Shown here: positions 20,030 through 28,631 of the stretch, in pieces | Layout of the letters: each line of letters starts with the position of its first letter | Numbering within the stretch: the stretch's first letter is position 1 | Source: an uncultured Syntrophomonadaceae bacterium | Lineage (GTDB): Bacteria > Bacillota > Syntrophomonadia > Syntrophomonadales > Syntrophomonadaceae | DNA length: 54,931 bases | Assembly: GCA_964563775.1 (NCBI GenBank) | Contig: CAZLYH010000003.1 | Coordinates: 1 to 54,931, forward strand | Reading direction: 5' to 3' | Translations under genes and position numbers: made by a program | The notes under the pieces: generated by a model | What the model saw: only the letters and a program-made list of their open reading frames with translations | Database searches by the model: none | Told to the model about the DNA's origin: nothing

Positions 20030-21476
20030 TCCACCTGCGGCTTACCAGGTCGCTAATCTTCGGGTCCATAACAATGTCTTCCGGCCATTCCCGGCCATGT
20101 CCTTCCCCCATCCACTTGCGGGTAGCATCAATCCCCATTTTGGAACCAAACAGGGGCAGGGGGGCGGAATGATCCAGAACCTCCAGCGGTCCATCAACTA
20201 TCATGGTATCCCGGCGGGGATCTACATTATTAAACACCTTCCACATTACTTCGGAAACATTTTGCACATTTACATCAGCATCAACCACTACAATAAACTT
20301 GGCGAACATCATCTGCCCCAATCCCCACAGGGCACTCATTACCTTACGGGCATGCCCGGGAAAAGACTTGTTTATGGACACCAGCACACAGTTGTGAAAA
20401 ACACCTTCCATGGGGAGATGCATGTCCACGACTTCGGGAAGCTGAAGCTTCATCAGCGGAAGGAAGATCCTTTCCGTGGCCAGGGCCATGAAGCAATCTT
20501 CCTGCGGAGGTTTGCCCACAATAGTTGCCGGATAAACCGGGTTCTTTTTGCGGGTCAAACAGGTTATGTGAAATACAGGATACTCCCCCGCCAGGGAATA
20601 ATAGCCGGTATGGTCGCCAAACGGCCCTTCAATGCGACGTTCATGAGGATCGACAAAACCTTCCAGAACAATCTCCGCGTCGGCCGGCACTTCCAGGTCG
20701 ATGGTCTTGCATTTTACCACTTCCACCGGCTTCTTGCGCAGAAAACCGGCGAAGATCAATTCATCAATGTCTGGGGGCAGCGGGGCGGTTGCCGCATAGG
20801 TTATGGCCGGGTCTCCACCCAGAGCGACAGCAACTGGCGTGGCCTCCCCCCGGGCACTATTGCGGGCATAAATACGGGCGCCGTCGTGATGAGTATGCCA
20901 GTGCATCCCCGTTGTCGTCCCATCAAAAACCTGCAGACGGTACATACCAACATTGCGCTTGCCATTTTCCAAATCACGCGTGTATACCTGGGGCAAGGTG
21001 ATAAATCTTCCCGCATCACCGGGCCAGCACTTTAATACAGGCAAATCGTTAAGTGAAGCATGGTAGTCGACTACTTCCTGGCAGGCTCCATTGCGGACAG
21101 TGCGGGGCAAAAAAGAGGAAAGCTGGGCCAGGCGCGGAAGTATTTTCACCTTTTCCAGCAGATTACCCGGTACTTTATCGGTAATCTCCAGTATATCCAT
21201 AATTTCAGCAGCAATATCATCCAGGGACTCCACCTGCAAACTCAGGGCCATTCGCCGGGGGCTGCCAAAAGCATTGATAAGAACGGGAAAATCAGACCCG
21301 CGGACATTTTCGAACAGCAATGCAGGGCCATGGGCTTTGCTAACCCGGTCGGTTATTTCCGTAATTTCCAGCTCGGGGTCGACTTCTGCCTTGATACGTT
21401 TCAGCTCTCCGTGTTTTTCCAGCGTTCTAATAAACTCCTGCAAATCCCGGTAGGCCAAAATCCCTGCCCCCTTCAA
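20010..21476 (-). CDS. UbiD-family (prFMN-dependent) decarboxylase
   Basis: 488 aa. Typical UbiD length and motifs (YRLQV, GGDP, GPFGDHTGYY). Overlaps the ubiA-like gene by 20 nt. Confidence 0.88.
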   Translation of the reverse strand: MKGAGILAYRDLQEFIRTLEKHGELKRIKAEVDPELEITEITDRVSKAHGPALLFENVRGSDFPVLINAFGSPRRMALSLQVESLDDIAAEIMDILEITDKVPGNLLEKVKILPRLAQLSSFLPRTVRNGACQEVVDYHASLNDLPVLKCWPGDAGRFITLPQVYTRDLENGKRNVGMYRLQVFDGTTTGMHWHTHHDGARIYARNSARGEATPVAVALGGDPAITYAATAPLPPDIDELIFAGFLRKKPVEVVKCKTIDLEVPADAEIVLEGFVDPHERRIEGPFGDHTGYYSLAGEYPVFHITCLTRKKNPVYPATIVGKPPQEDCFMALATERIFLPLMKLQLPEVVDMHLPMEGVFHNCVLVSINKSFPGHARKVMSALWGLGQMMFAKFIVVVDADVNVQNVSEVMWKVFNNVDPRRDTMIVDGPLEVLDHSAPLPLFGSKMGIDATRKWMGEGHGREWPEDIVMDPKISDLVSRRWSEYGLD

Positions 21477-21583
21477 ATTTTTTTGCCTGCTTCGGTGCTC
21501 CGGGAGCTATACCTTCCCTGGAGATGCTAAAAGGGAAAAATGTATTTCCCCCTTCATTTAATTATGCGGGCAATTTACCGGAA

Positions 21584-22342
21584 TTAAATCACAGCCACCT
21601 GCTCCATATCACATAGATAGCCTTCCAATTCCTCCAATGCCCGTACCAAAACCGACCCTCCGGCCGCCTGGTCCACAGCTAAACTTTTCAACAGCTTTTC
21701 GGCATTACATAAGTATTCGCGGGCGTGACTGTAAAGGGTTTTATGGTAAAGGAGCTCCACCGCCATTCCAAGATTGAAGCCCATATCACCATACTGCTGT
21801 TTAACTGCATCCGGGACGCCAGCCAGTTCCGCACAGGTCGAAAAAGAGGTCCGGTAGAACGAAGCCCTGGTCTGCTCCAGTACTTTCAGCTCCTGACCCT
21901 TGAGCTTGTGCTTTAATACCATACCGCTATTAATATCCGTAATCATAGCCGTCAACGGTTCCAGCAGCCCATCTACCCCGGCGTCCACCAACTGTTTCAA
22001 TACCATACCAAATAGATAATCTCCAATAAGTATGCGAAACTGTAATTCCCGGCCATACTCCTGGCCTTCCTCATCGTCCCTAATCAGGGAATGAATGGAA
22101 TGGGCCAGATAAAGGCTCTTAAATATATTAGCCATGGTAATGGCGGTAGCCCGGTTGGTACCGGTAAATTTGTAAACACCGAGAACAAAAGGAGGAAGGA
22201 GCACTCCGGTAGGATCATAATCCAGTGGCTTAATATATTCCTGCAGTTCTTCCCACCAGGGGGATAGAGATTTCCGAAAGGTCTCTTGCAAATCATTTAA
22301 TTCAGCATAGAGTTCCTGAAAAAAGGCATATTCCATCTTCAA
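21584..22342 (-). CDS. polyprenyl-synthase-fold protein lacking both Asp-rich motifs; possibly a non-catalytic component I (HepS-like) of a heterodimeric prenyl diphosphate synthase
   Basis: 252 aa. LYLAHSIHSLIRDDEEG and ILIGDYLFG resemble the region around the first Asp-rich motif in degenerate form. The second motif is absent (GMAVELLYH). First gene of the quinone cluster. Confidence 0.45.
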   Translation of the reverse strand: MKMEYAFFQELYAELNDLQETFRKSLSPWWEELQEYIKPLDYDPTGVLLPPFVLGVYKFTGTNRATAITMANIFKSLYLAHSIHSLIRDDEEGQEYGRELQFRILIGDYLFGMVLKQLVDAGVDGLLEPLTAMITDINSGMVLKHKLKGQELKVLEQTRASFYRTSFSTCAELAGVPDAVKQQYGDMGFNLGMAVELLYHKTLYSHAREYLCNAEKLLKSLAVDQAAGGSVLVRALEELEGYLCDMEQVAVI

Positions 22343-22668
22343 CTTGTCCCCCCCACCCTGATAAAAACAGAACTTTCACACTTACAACCCATAAACATGA
22401 TATATGTCGTATTGATGCGATTGCAAGGGTTTTATTAATTATATCACAAAAGCCTGTTGCGGAATTTTAGAAATAACCTTTGCTTCCAACGCCAAAACCC
22501 TGTTTGGATGCATATGCAGGAGTTGTTCACGGAGCATGGTTGAAACACCCAGCGAAGGTGAAGCGGCGTAAGGGGGCGAGCCCCATGAATGGAGCGAGGG
22601 TAACCCCCGCAAGGATGCGAATGGGAACGTCCACCTGGAGCAGCGAGACGGGCAGTTGGTATTACCCA
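22343..22668 (-). ncRNA. long structured 5' leader or independent ncRNA candidate, class not recognised
   Basis: About 490 nt between speH and the quinone operon contain no credible ORF. The GC-rich core 22480-22690 has several short GC hairpins, including GCGGGGG-UUA-CCCUCGC, which has a G-U wobble only on the minus strand. A pentamer GCGAG (minus CUCGC) recurs at 22577, 22595, 22644 and 22682. Confidence 0.4.
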
Positions 22669-22675
22669 TGCGGAA

Positions 22676-22704
22676 TCTTAGCGAGGAATATTTATCCATC
22701 CAAG
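22676..22704 (-). promoter_or_regulatory. sigma-A-like promoter candidate, TTGGAT-N17-TAAGAT
   Basis: On the minus strand, -35 TTGGAT is at 22704-22699 and -10 TAAGAT at 22681-22676. It lies just downstream of the speH terminator and would drive the leader and the quinone operon. Confidence 0.4.
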
Positions 22705-22728
22705 CTACCTTTCACTATTTAACCAACC

Positions 22729-22776
22729 TTAAATAAAACAAGGCCTTACTTGTTTCTTTTGTACAAGCAAGGCCCA
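22729..22776 (-). terminator. intrinsic terminator after speH
   Basis: Minus strand reads GGCCTTGCTTGT-loop-ACAAGTAAGGCC (one mismatch) followed by TTGTTTTATTT. Confidence 0.75.
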
Positions 22777-22834
22777 TCAGTCGGTATTTAAGTTCTCTCT
22801 ACAGCTTCTTCGGTCTACTAAAATAGTATCCCTC

Positions 22835-23215
22835 CTAGATATTTACCACCAGGCGTTCTTCCCGGTCTTGCAAAAGTCCCCTCTTCACTTCCGACGCCTT
22901 TACCTCAGTCGCCCTAAACATGGTCTCCAGGTAAGAGCAGGCATCCCAGGGGTTTACTCTGTCGCCGCAGGTAAAAACGTCAACTGCAGCATACCCGAGT
23001 TCGGGCCAGGTATGAATCGCCAGGTGCGACTCGGAAATAACAACAACACCGCTTACACCTTGAGGACTGAATTTGTGGAAGACAACTTCTCTAATCTCGG
23101 CGCCAGCCTCTAAAGCGGCACTTACCATGATATCCTCCACCTTATGGATATCGTTGAGTACATCGAAGTGGCAACCGTACAGTTCGGCTAAAACGTGGCG
23201 CCCCAAAGTCTGCAA
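22835..23215 (-). CDS. speH: S-adenosylmethionine decarboxylase proenzyme, small SpeH/SpeD class
   Basis: LGRHVLAELYGC N-terminus and the self-processing site VVISESHLAIHTWPE. I prefer the TTG start at 23215 (AAGGGAGG 8 nt upstream). A strong promoter lies inside the longer track ORF (to 23359), and the ATG at 23254 has its SD only 1 nt away. Confidence 0.85.
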   Translation of the reverse strand: MQTLGRHVLAELYGCHFDVLNDIHKVEDIMVSAALEAGAEIREVVFHKFSPQGVSGVVVISESHLAIHTWPELGYAAVDVFTCGDRVNPWDACSYLETMFRATEVKASEVKRGLLQDREERLVVNI

Positions 23216-23282
23216 CGATCCCGCCTCCCTTCTGTTATTCAATGCCGTTCCCATACCTCCCTTCAAAAAACGTACATGTAGA

Positions 23283-23310
23283 ATTTTAGCATATTTGTTG
23301 TTCATGTCAA
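23283..23310 (-). promoter_or_regulatory. sigma-A-like promoter, TTGACA-N16-TAAAAT, for speH
   Basis: Minus-strand TTGACA (23310-23305) and TAAAAT (23288-23283). Near-consensus hexamers. Confidence 0.55.
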
Positions 23311-23467
23311 TAAAATACTGGTGATTTAACCGTGGTTTAATATGTAATATGATAGACATGACTAACGGGTGAAATTATAAAAACAACGCCCCATATTAAG
23401 CTGGCAAGGTGGGAAGGACTTAAAGCCCATAAGAAGTGCCCTTGCGAGCAAGGAGGAGTATAAAACA

Positions 23468-25693
23468 ATGAAGAAAGCGATTACCTGGCTAGCGGTACTG
23501 CCTATTGCCTTCCTGCTCTTGTGCAGCCCGGCACAAGCAGATCAACTTCCGGACAAAAAAGTCGTAATTGTGATCCACGATTTTGTGGATATTAGCGACC
23601 TGGAGCAAGCCCGCACTCCAAACTTACATGCCCTTATCGCTCAGGGCGGTACCGGGCTTATGAATGTGCGCAGCCGCAGTGGTCTGCCCGCCAGTGCTTA
23701 CATGTCCCTGGCAGTAGGGAGCCGGGCCGGGACCGTCGTCGGAGCGGAATTGTCCTTTAACTGCTGGGAACCCGTTCGAGGATGGTCAATCTACCCTGCT
23801 GACAACCCGGAAGCTCCGCTTGCCGGTGAACTCTATGCCAGTTTTACCGGCCAGGCTCCACCTGAACAGGGAATAGTCAACCCCTTTATTGAACCTATAA
23901 AGAATTATGCCTCTACCTTCAATCCACCTTATTTCCCCGCGCAGTTGGGGGAAAGAGCTCGCCAGGCAGGGTTACGGGTCGCTGTTCTGGGTAATGCGGA
24001 TACCAGAGAGGCTTTGGATCGCAGCGCGGTTCTCCTGGCCATGGATGCCAATGGGCAGGTTGCCCACGGTAATGTCAGCCAAACTCTGCTGGAAGAAGAC
24101 CCCTCCTTCCCCGGGGGGCTGCGAACCCGGTCCGAGGTATTTATCGATCAATTTTCCTCCCTTTATTGTGACAACGATATTCTGGTGGTAGATTTGGGGG
24201 ATACCACACGGGTGGAAAAAAGTCGGGAAAACTGCTCTCCGGAAATGCTTAAAATACATAAGCAGAAGGCCCTGGAACGAAATGATTATCTGGTGGGAAA
24301 AATGCTCCAGCAAATTGATCTGCAACAGACCATGCTGTTCCTCCTCACTCCCAATCCCAGCGGAGAAATGGTTAAGCAGGGAAACTTCGGGCTGGCGCCT
24401 ATCCTGGTATACCAACCAGGAATACCCGCAGGACTTTTAAGCTCCTCCACGACCAGGCGGGCCGGTCTGGTGAGTAACTCGGATTTTCTCCCTGCCGTCA
24501 TGGCTTTCCTGGGCGACAAACCTAAACCGGTTATGAAAACCACCCCCGGAACGGACCATAGTCTGCAGGCACTCGACCAGAAACTTGCTTTTCTGATTCG
24601 CCTGCGGCAGCAAAGGGGGGTTTTGCATCTCATTTTTATTTTCTTTGCTGTTTTGACTATTGCCGGAGGCTACTGGGTGCATATCTGCAAGCAGGAAAAA
24701 GGCTCCCGAGTTTTAAGCCTGCTGTTGTTGACTACTCTTAGTATGCCACTGGTTATCTTGTGCTTAAGTCTTTTCGGGTATCGTTCCATAGGACTGTCAG
24801 CTTGCTTACTGATCGGCCTTTCTATACTGGCGGGTGTAACTCTGTATTACGTTTTCGGCTCGAACCTTTTACCAGCCGTTCTCTGGCTTAGTTTTGCCAC
24901 CATGCTGGCGATAACCGCGGATGCCTTTCTGGGCTCGCCCTTGATGATCAATTCAGCCCTGGGCTCAGATAGCATAGCCGGGGGACGCTTTTATGGAATT
25001 GGTAACGATTATATGGGCATACTCCTGGCCAGTTCCATTGTGAGCATAACCCTGCTGATTAGCTCTCTGCGCATGAAACCTTTGACTAAAGCACTACTCG
25101 GCCTGGTTCCTCTGGGGATTGTTACTACCGCTATTGGTCATCCTCATTATGGGGCCAATATGGGTGGATTGATAACTGGTATTGTCATGCTGGGCTTTTT
25201 CTACCTGGTGATAATGGAAATTCGCCTAACCCCGAAAAGGTTGGTCTTGATTGGCCTGACCGCCCTGGCAGGTGTTTTGGCAGTAGCCCGGTTGGATGCC
25301 CTGTTTAGCGCCAATCCTTCTCATGCCGGTCAAGCTATCACCAGCCTCTTTAGCGGTGGATGGACGGCCCTGTTTTCCATTATAAAGATCAAGCTGGGCA
25401 TCCTGGGAAATGCCGTTTACCATTCCCCCTGGAGCCTGGTCTTGCTATTATCAGTAATCTTTTTGGCATCTTCCTGGATCCGCCACCAGCAGACTCTGGG
25501 CGATGTCCTCCGTCAGTTTCCGGCTGTGCAGAAAGCAGGCAATCTCCTGCTACTGACAGCCGTAACCGTTTTCCTCGTAAATGATACAGGGGTTATTGCC
25601 GCAGCACTAATTTTTCTTTACCTGTGCAGTTTACTGTGGGCAGCCCTGGCACAAAACAGGCTGAAGAAGGAAAGCGGTGGTGACCGGCTATGA
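23468..25693 (+). CDS. large envelope protein of unknown family: signal peptide, ~360-aa extracytoplasmic domain with an alkaline-phosphatase-superfamily-like N-terminal motif, and a C-terminal polytopic (about 9-11 helices) membrane domain
   Basis: 741 aa. MKKAITWLAVLPIAFLLLCSPAQA signal peptide. KKVVIVIHDFVDISDL..ARTPNLHALIAQGG resembles the metal-Asp strand plus the TPNL motif of NPP/sulfatase-type enzymes. The hydrophobic domain starts near residue 385. SD AAGGAGGAG lies 9 nt upstream. Confidence 0.85.
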   Translation: MKKAITWLAVLPIAFLLLCSPAQADQLPDKKVVIVIHDFVDISDLEQARTPNLHALIAQGGTGLMNVRSRSGLPASAYMSLAVGSRAGTVVGAELSFNCWEPVRGWSIYPADNPEAPLAGELYASFTGQAPPEQGIVNPFIEPIKNYASTFNPPYFPAQLGERARQAGLRVAVLGNADTREALDRSAVLLAMDANGQVAHGNVSQTLLEEDPSFPGGLRTRSEVFIDQFSSLYCDNDILVVDLGDTTRVEKSRENCSPEMLKIHKQKALERNDYLVGKMLQQIDLQQTMLFLLTPNPSGEMVKQGNFGLAPILVYQPGIPAGLLSSSTTRRAGLVSNSDFLPAVMAFLGDKPKPVMKTTPGTDHSLQALDQKLAFLIRLRQQRGVLHLIFIFFAVLTIAGGYWVHICKQEKGSRVLSLLLLTTLSMPLVILCLSLFGYRSIGLSACLLIGLSILAGVTLYYVFGSNLLPAVLWLSFATMLAITADAFLGSPLMINSALGSDSIAGGRFYGIGNDYMGILLASSIVSITLLISSLRMKPLTKALLGLVPLGIVTTAIGHPHYGANMGGLITGIVMLGFFYLVIMEIRLTPKRLVLIGLTALAGVLAVARLDALFSANPSHAGQAITSLFSGGWTALFSIIKIKLGILGNAVYHSPWSLVLLLSVIFLASSWIRHQQTLGDVLRQFPAVQKAGNLLLLTAVTVFLVNDTGVIAAALIFLYLCSLLWAALAQNRLKKESGGDRL

Positions 25694-27870
25694 AAAAAGC
25701 TATTCTGACAATATTACTTCTCCTTGCTATGCTCCTTCCCCAACCGTTCCAGGCCCTGGCCGCGCCGGTTGAGCAGCCAGGGGTGGTCATATTCCTGGTC
25801 GACAAACTTACTCTCGATGACCTGAGTCCGGAGACAACCCCCTTTCTATGGGAGTTAAGCCTGCAAGGGGGAATTGGGCTTCTGAATGCGACTACGGGTG
25901 GAACTCGTAACAGTGGCAACTCTTGCGTGACCATTTCTGCCGGCAAACCAGCGACAGCCGTCGCTGACAGCGGGCTAAATTATGCCGCAACCGAACTGGT
26001 GAACGGCGAACCGGCAGGTAAAATTTATACGCGTTATACCGGTGTTACCCCGCTACCTAATAACATAGTGGTACAGGAAATTGAAAAATTAAAAAGATTT
26101 AATGAGGAGAAGCAGGCTTATCCTGGAAAACTCGGAGATCAGGTTCATGCCCTGGGGTTAAAAACAGGTTTACTGGGAGACTCGGATCGTTTGGACCGCC
26201 CCTCCCGTCTCGGCGCCCTTCTCTTGATGGATTCACGGGGTATTATTGATCGGGGAGTAGTTGGAGAAAAAGTGCAAGTTCGTGACCCCGGAGCGGCCCT
26301 AAATATCCATACCGATTACCAGGCTCTGCTGGCCGAAAGTAAAACAGTGTCCGATTGTGATGTAGTGGTAGTGGAATTTGGTGACCTTAACCGCCTGGAG
26401 GCAGTTGATAGGTTTTTCCACCCCAACCAGTTAAAAAAAGAAAGGTTGCAAATACTTTCCAACATTGATAATTGTTGCCGGGACTTTCTAGCGCGGAAAG
26501 AATTCTCCGGGCGGTCCGTTTATGTTTTAAGTCCTTCCCCAACCCACAGCTCAGTGGAACGAGGCGAGTTGCTCACTCCCCTGGTTGTTGTTAAGCCCGG
26601 ATTTCAAGGTATTCTCTCTGGCTATTCCACCCGCAGGGAGGGTATTGTTTCCAGCCTGGCCTTAAAAAATTCGATTGTCAGCAGTCTTAATTCGGAAACA
26701 CGGGATACCATCTATACTGTTTTCCACCCCTATCCGGTAGATTTTCTTTCCCGGCTTGACCAGGGTCTGGTCTTTGGCTATATCCATCAGCCGCTGGTTA
26801 TTATCATTACCCTGGCGGCAGTAGCACTGGCCCTTTTACTGGCCATTTACCTGGCTATCCGGAAAAAACATCGTCATTGGCTGCACCTGCTACTATCCCT
26901 GGTGGTAGCCACCCCCCTGACCTTCTTGCTTATTGCGCGGGTTCCCATGAACAACCCGCTTCTCTTCCTGGCTCTGGCGGGGGTCACCAGCTTTCTATTG
27001 GCTAGCCTCTCGCTGGCCCTGGGGGTCAAACTTAAAATACACCCACTGGCACCCCTTTTCCTGGCCACTATTTTTACCATCGCTCTGGATCTGTTTTTCG
27101 GTCTGGGGCTCTTGGAAAATTCCATGATGAGTTACCGCATTATGCAGGGTTCGCGTTACTACGGCCTGGGCAACGAATACATGGGTGTACTGATTGGCGC
27201 CACCATTGCTCTGGCAATTACCCTGCTACAGGAAAGGCCTTCTGCCCGACGAGTTCAACTGGTTGCCCTGCTATTTTGCGGCGTGGTGTTCCTCATCGCT
27301 TACCCCCGTTTTGGCATAAATGTGGGCGGAGCCATTACGGCTTGTCTGGCCCTGGGATATACCTATATGCAGTTTCGCCAGCACCCCTTCAACACCTACA
27401 AGGTTATCCTCTTGATCGTAGGCACTGCACTCCTGGTAACGATTATGTCGGTTATTGATCTGCAGCAGCCACTTGAATACCAATCCCACCTGGGGAGAAG
27501 TGTTACCCTGGTAAAAGACGGTGGAATACAAGCTGTTTTAAACATAATAACGCGGAAAGTTGAGATGCAGTTAAGAGTAATCAATTATACCATGTGGGGC
27601 TGGGTGCTTATTGCCGGAGTTCTGTTGGCATTGTGGTCTGTATTTCACCCGAGTCAGGCAATTGGCAGCCTGCGAAAGGTCCATCCGCAAGTCTACCAGG
27701 GCCTGAAGGGAATAATAATGGCAGCAATTCTGGCCATCATCTTTAACGATTCCGGCATTACTGCTGCCACTGCCCTTTTATTCTATTTCCTGGTGATTCT
27801 GTTGGTCTACTTTGACACCAATATGGTAGCGGAAAAATGGAAAAACCGATTAGCCAGGTTAAGGAACTAG
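25690..27870 (+). CDS. paralog of the preceding envelope protein, with the same architecture
   Basis: 726 aa. The ATGA start/stop overlap with the upstream gene suggests coupled translation. Motifs are collinear with the upstream protein: VVIFLVDKLTLDDL..TTPFLWELSLQGG, GSRYYGLGNEYMGVL and IFNDSGITAA match GGRFYGIGNDYMGIL and LVNDTGVIAA. Confidence 0.85.
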   Translation: MKKAILTILLLLAMLLPQPFQALAAPVEQPGVVIFLVDKLTLDDLSPETTPFLWELSLQGGIGLLNATTGGTRNSGNSCVTISAGKPATAVADSGLNYAATELVNGEPAGKIYTRYTGVTPLPNNIVVQEIEKLKRFNEEKQAYPGKLGDQVHALGLKTGLLGDSDRLDRPSRLGALLLMDSRGIIDRGVVGEKVQVRDPGAALNIHTDYQALLAESKTVSDCDVVVVEFGDLNRLEAVDRFFHPNQLKKERLQILSNIDNCCRDFLARKEFSGRSVYVLSPSPTHSSVERGELLTPLVVVKPGFQGILSGYSTRREGIVSSLALKNSIVSSLNSETRDTIYTVFHPYPVDFLSRLDQGLVFGYIHQPLVIIITLAAVALALLLAIYLAIRKKHRHWLHLLLSLVVATPLTFLLIARVPMNNPLLFLALAGVTSFLLASLSLALGVKLKIHPLAPLFLATIFTIALDLFFGLGLLENSMMSYRIMQGSRYYGLGNEYMGVLIGATIALAITLLQERPSARRVQLVALLFCGVVFLIAYPRFGINVGGAITACLALGYTYMQFRQHPFNTYKVILLIVGTALLVTIMSVIDLQQPLEYQSHLGRSVTLVKDGGIQAVLNIITRKVEMQLRVINYTMWGWVLIAGVLLALWSVFHPSQAIGSLRKVHPQVYQGLKGIIMAAILAIIFNDSGITAATALLFYFLVILLVYFDTNMVAEKWKNRLARLRN

Positions 27871-28310
27871 TCCAAACCCCCGATGATGTTTTTAATACCA
27901 TGGACAAATTCCTTCTGATACCCTTCGCCCAGAAGATCATAAAGCTGAGCATTAAAAGAACTTCCCATCCGGGCAACTTCCTGAGCCACCTCTTCTCCTT
28001 TGGAGGTCATAAACACCCGGATAGCCCTGCGGTCCTGGGGGTCAAGCTGTCTTTCCACCAGATTATCCTTTTCCAGCTTATCTACCAGCACAGTCATGGA
28101 GGAGCTGTCAATGAGGGTACGGTTGCCAATCTCCTTCAGGGTCAGGCCGTTTTCTTCAGAAAGACACAAAAGGATAAAAGATTGCGGAATACTAACTCCC
28201 AGAGGATCCAGCTTGGAGCTTAAATGCTTGTCAATCTTCTTCATGGCAGCTCGCATTCCAAAACAGATAAACGTATTGAGGTCTGACATTCTCCAATAAC
28301 TCCTTTTCAC
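27867..28310 (-). CDS. MarR-family transcriptional regulator
   Basis: 147 aa. Winged-helix region SFILLCLSEENGLTLKEIGNRTLIDSSSMTVLVDKLEKDNLVERQLDPQDRR. Its stop codon overlaps the convergent upstream gene's stop within CTAG. Confidence 0.85.
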   Translation of the reverse strand: MKRSYWRMSDLNTFICFGMRAAMKKIDKHLSSKLDPLGVSIPQSFILLCLSEENGLTLKEIGNRTLIDSSSMTVLVDKLEKDNLVERQLDPQDRRAIRVFMTSKGEEVAQEVARMGSSFNAQLYDLLGEGYQKEFVHGIKNIIGGLD

Positions 28311-28607
28311 GAAGATATATTTTTTACACGTAAATACTGAGCATGTAATAATACTATCTTACTGCCTGATTCTTGTAAATATCCTTGTACCAACGAAGTA
28401 CAGACTAAATCATCCCTATCCTGGTTCAGGCTTGAACTTTTCCAGTCAACAATGTTATTTTAGAATAGACTGCAACAAAATACAATGTACACCGTGGCAA
28501 GACCTGTGAAATAGGTTCCCCTCTTTTCTTAAATTGAGGGATAATATACCCGGGCTAATCGCGCTGTCCCGGTAATCCGTCACTGCAAAGACTATACCAG
28601 CCTCCTT

Positions 28608-28631
28608 CCCCTTCGGGTTAGGGGTTTTTTT
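28608..28631 (+). terminator. short hairpin plus T7 in the trpS leader; a possible attenuator
   Basis: CCCCT-TCGGGTT-AGGGG followed by TTTTTTT, about 50 nt upstream of the trpS ATG. There is no plus-strand gene upstream that it could terminate. Confidence 0.45.

Noticed and set aside
22439-22722. 86-aa (minus) and 80-aa (plus) ORFs in the speH/quinone-operon spacer
   Set aside because: They overlap each other, lack SD sequences and have implausible compositions (Arg/Pro/Ser/Trp-rich). The region is better explained as structured RNA.
22343-22735. Assignment of the structured region to a known RNA family (OLE, 6S, RNase P, SRP, tmRNA, cobalamin, T-box, c-di-GMP or ykkC riboswitches)
   Set aside because: None of the hallmark conserved strings I remember for these families is present. 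It is too short for OLE and has no adjacent oapA-like gene. It is left as unclassified pending an Rfam scan.
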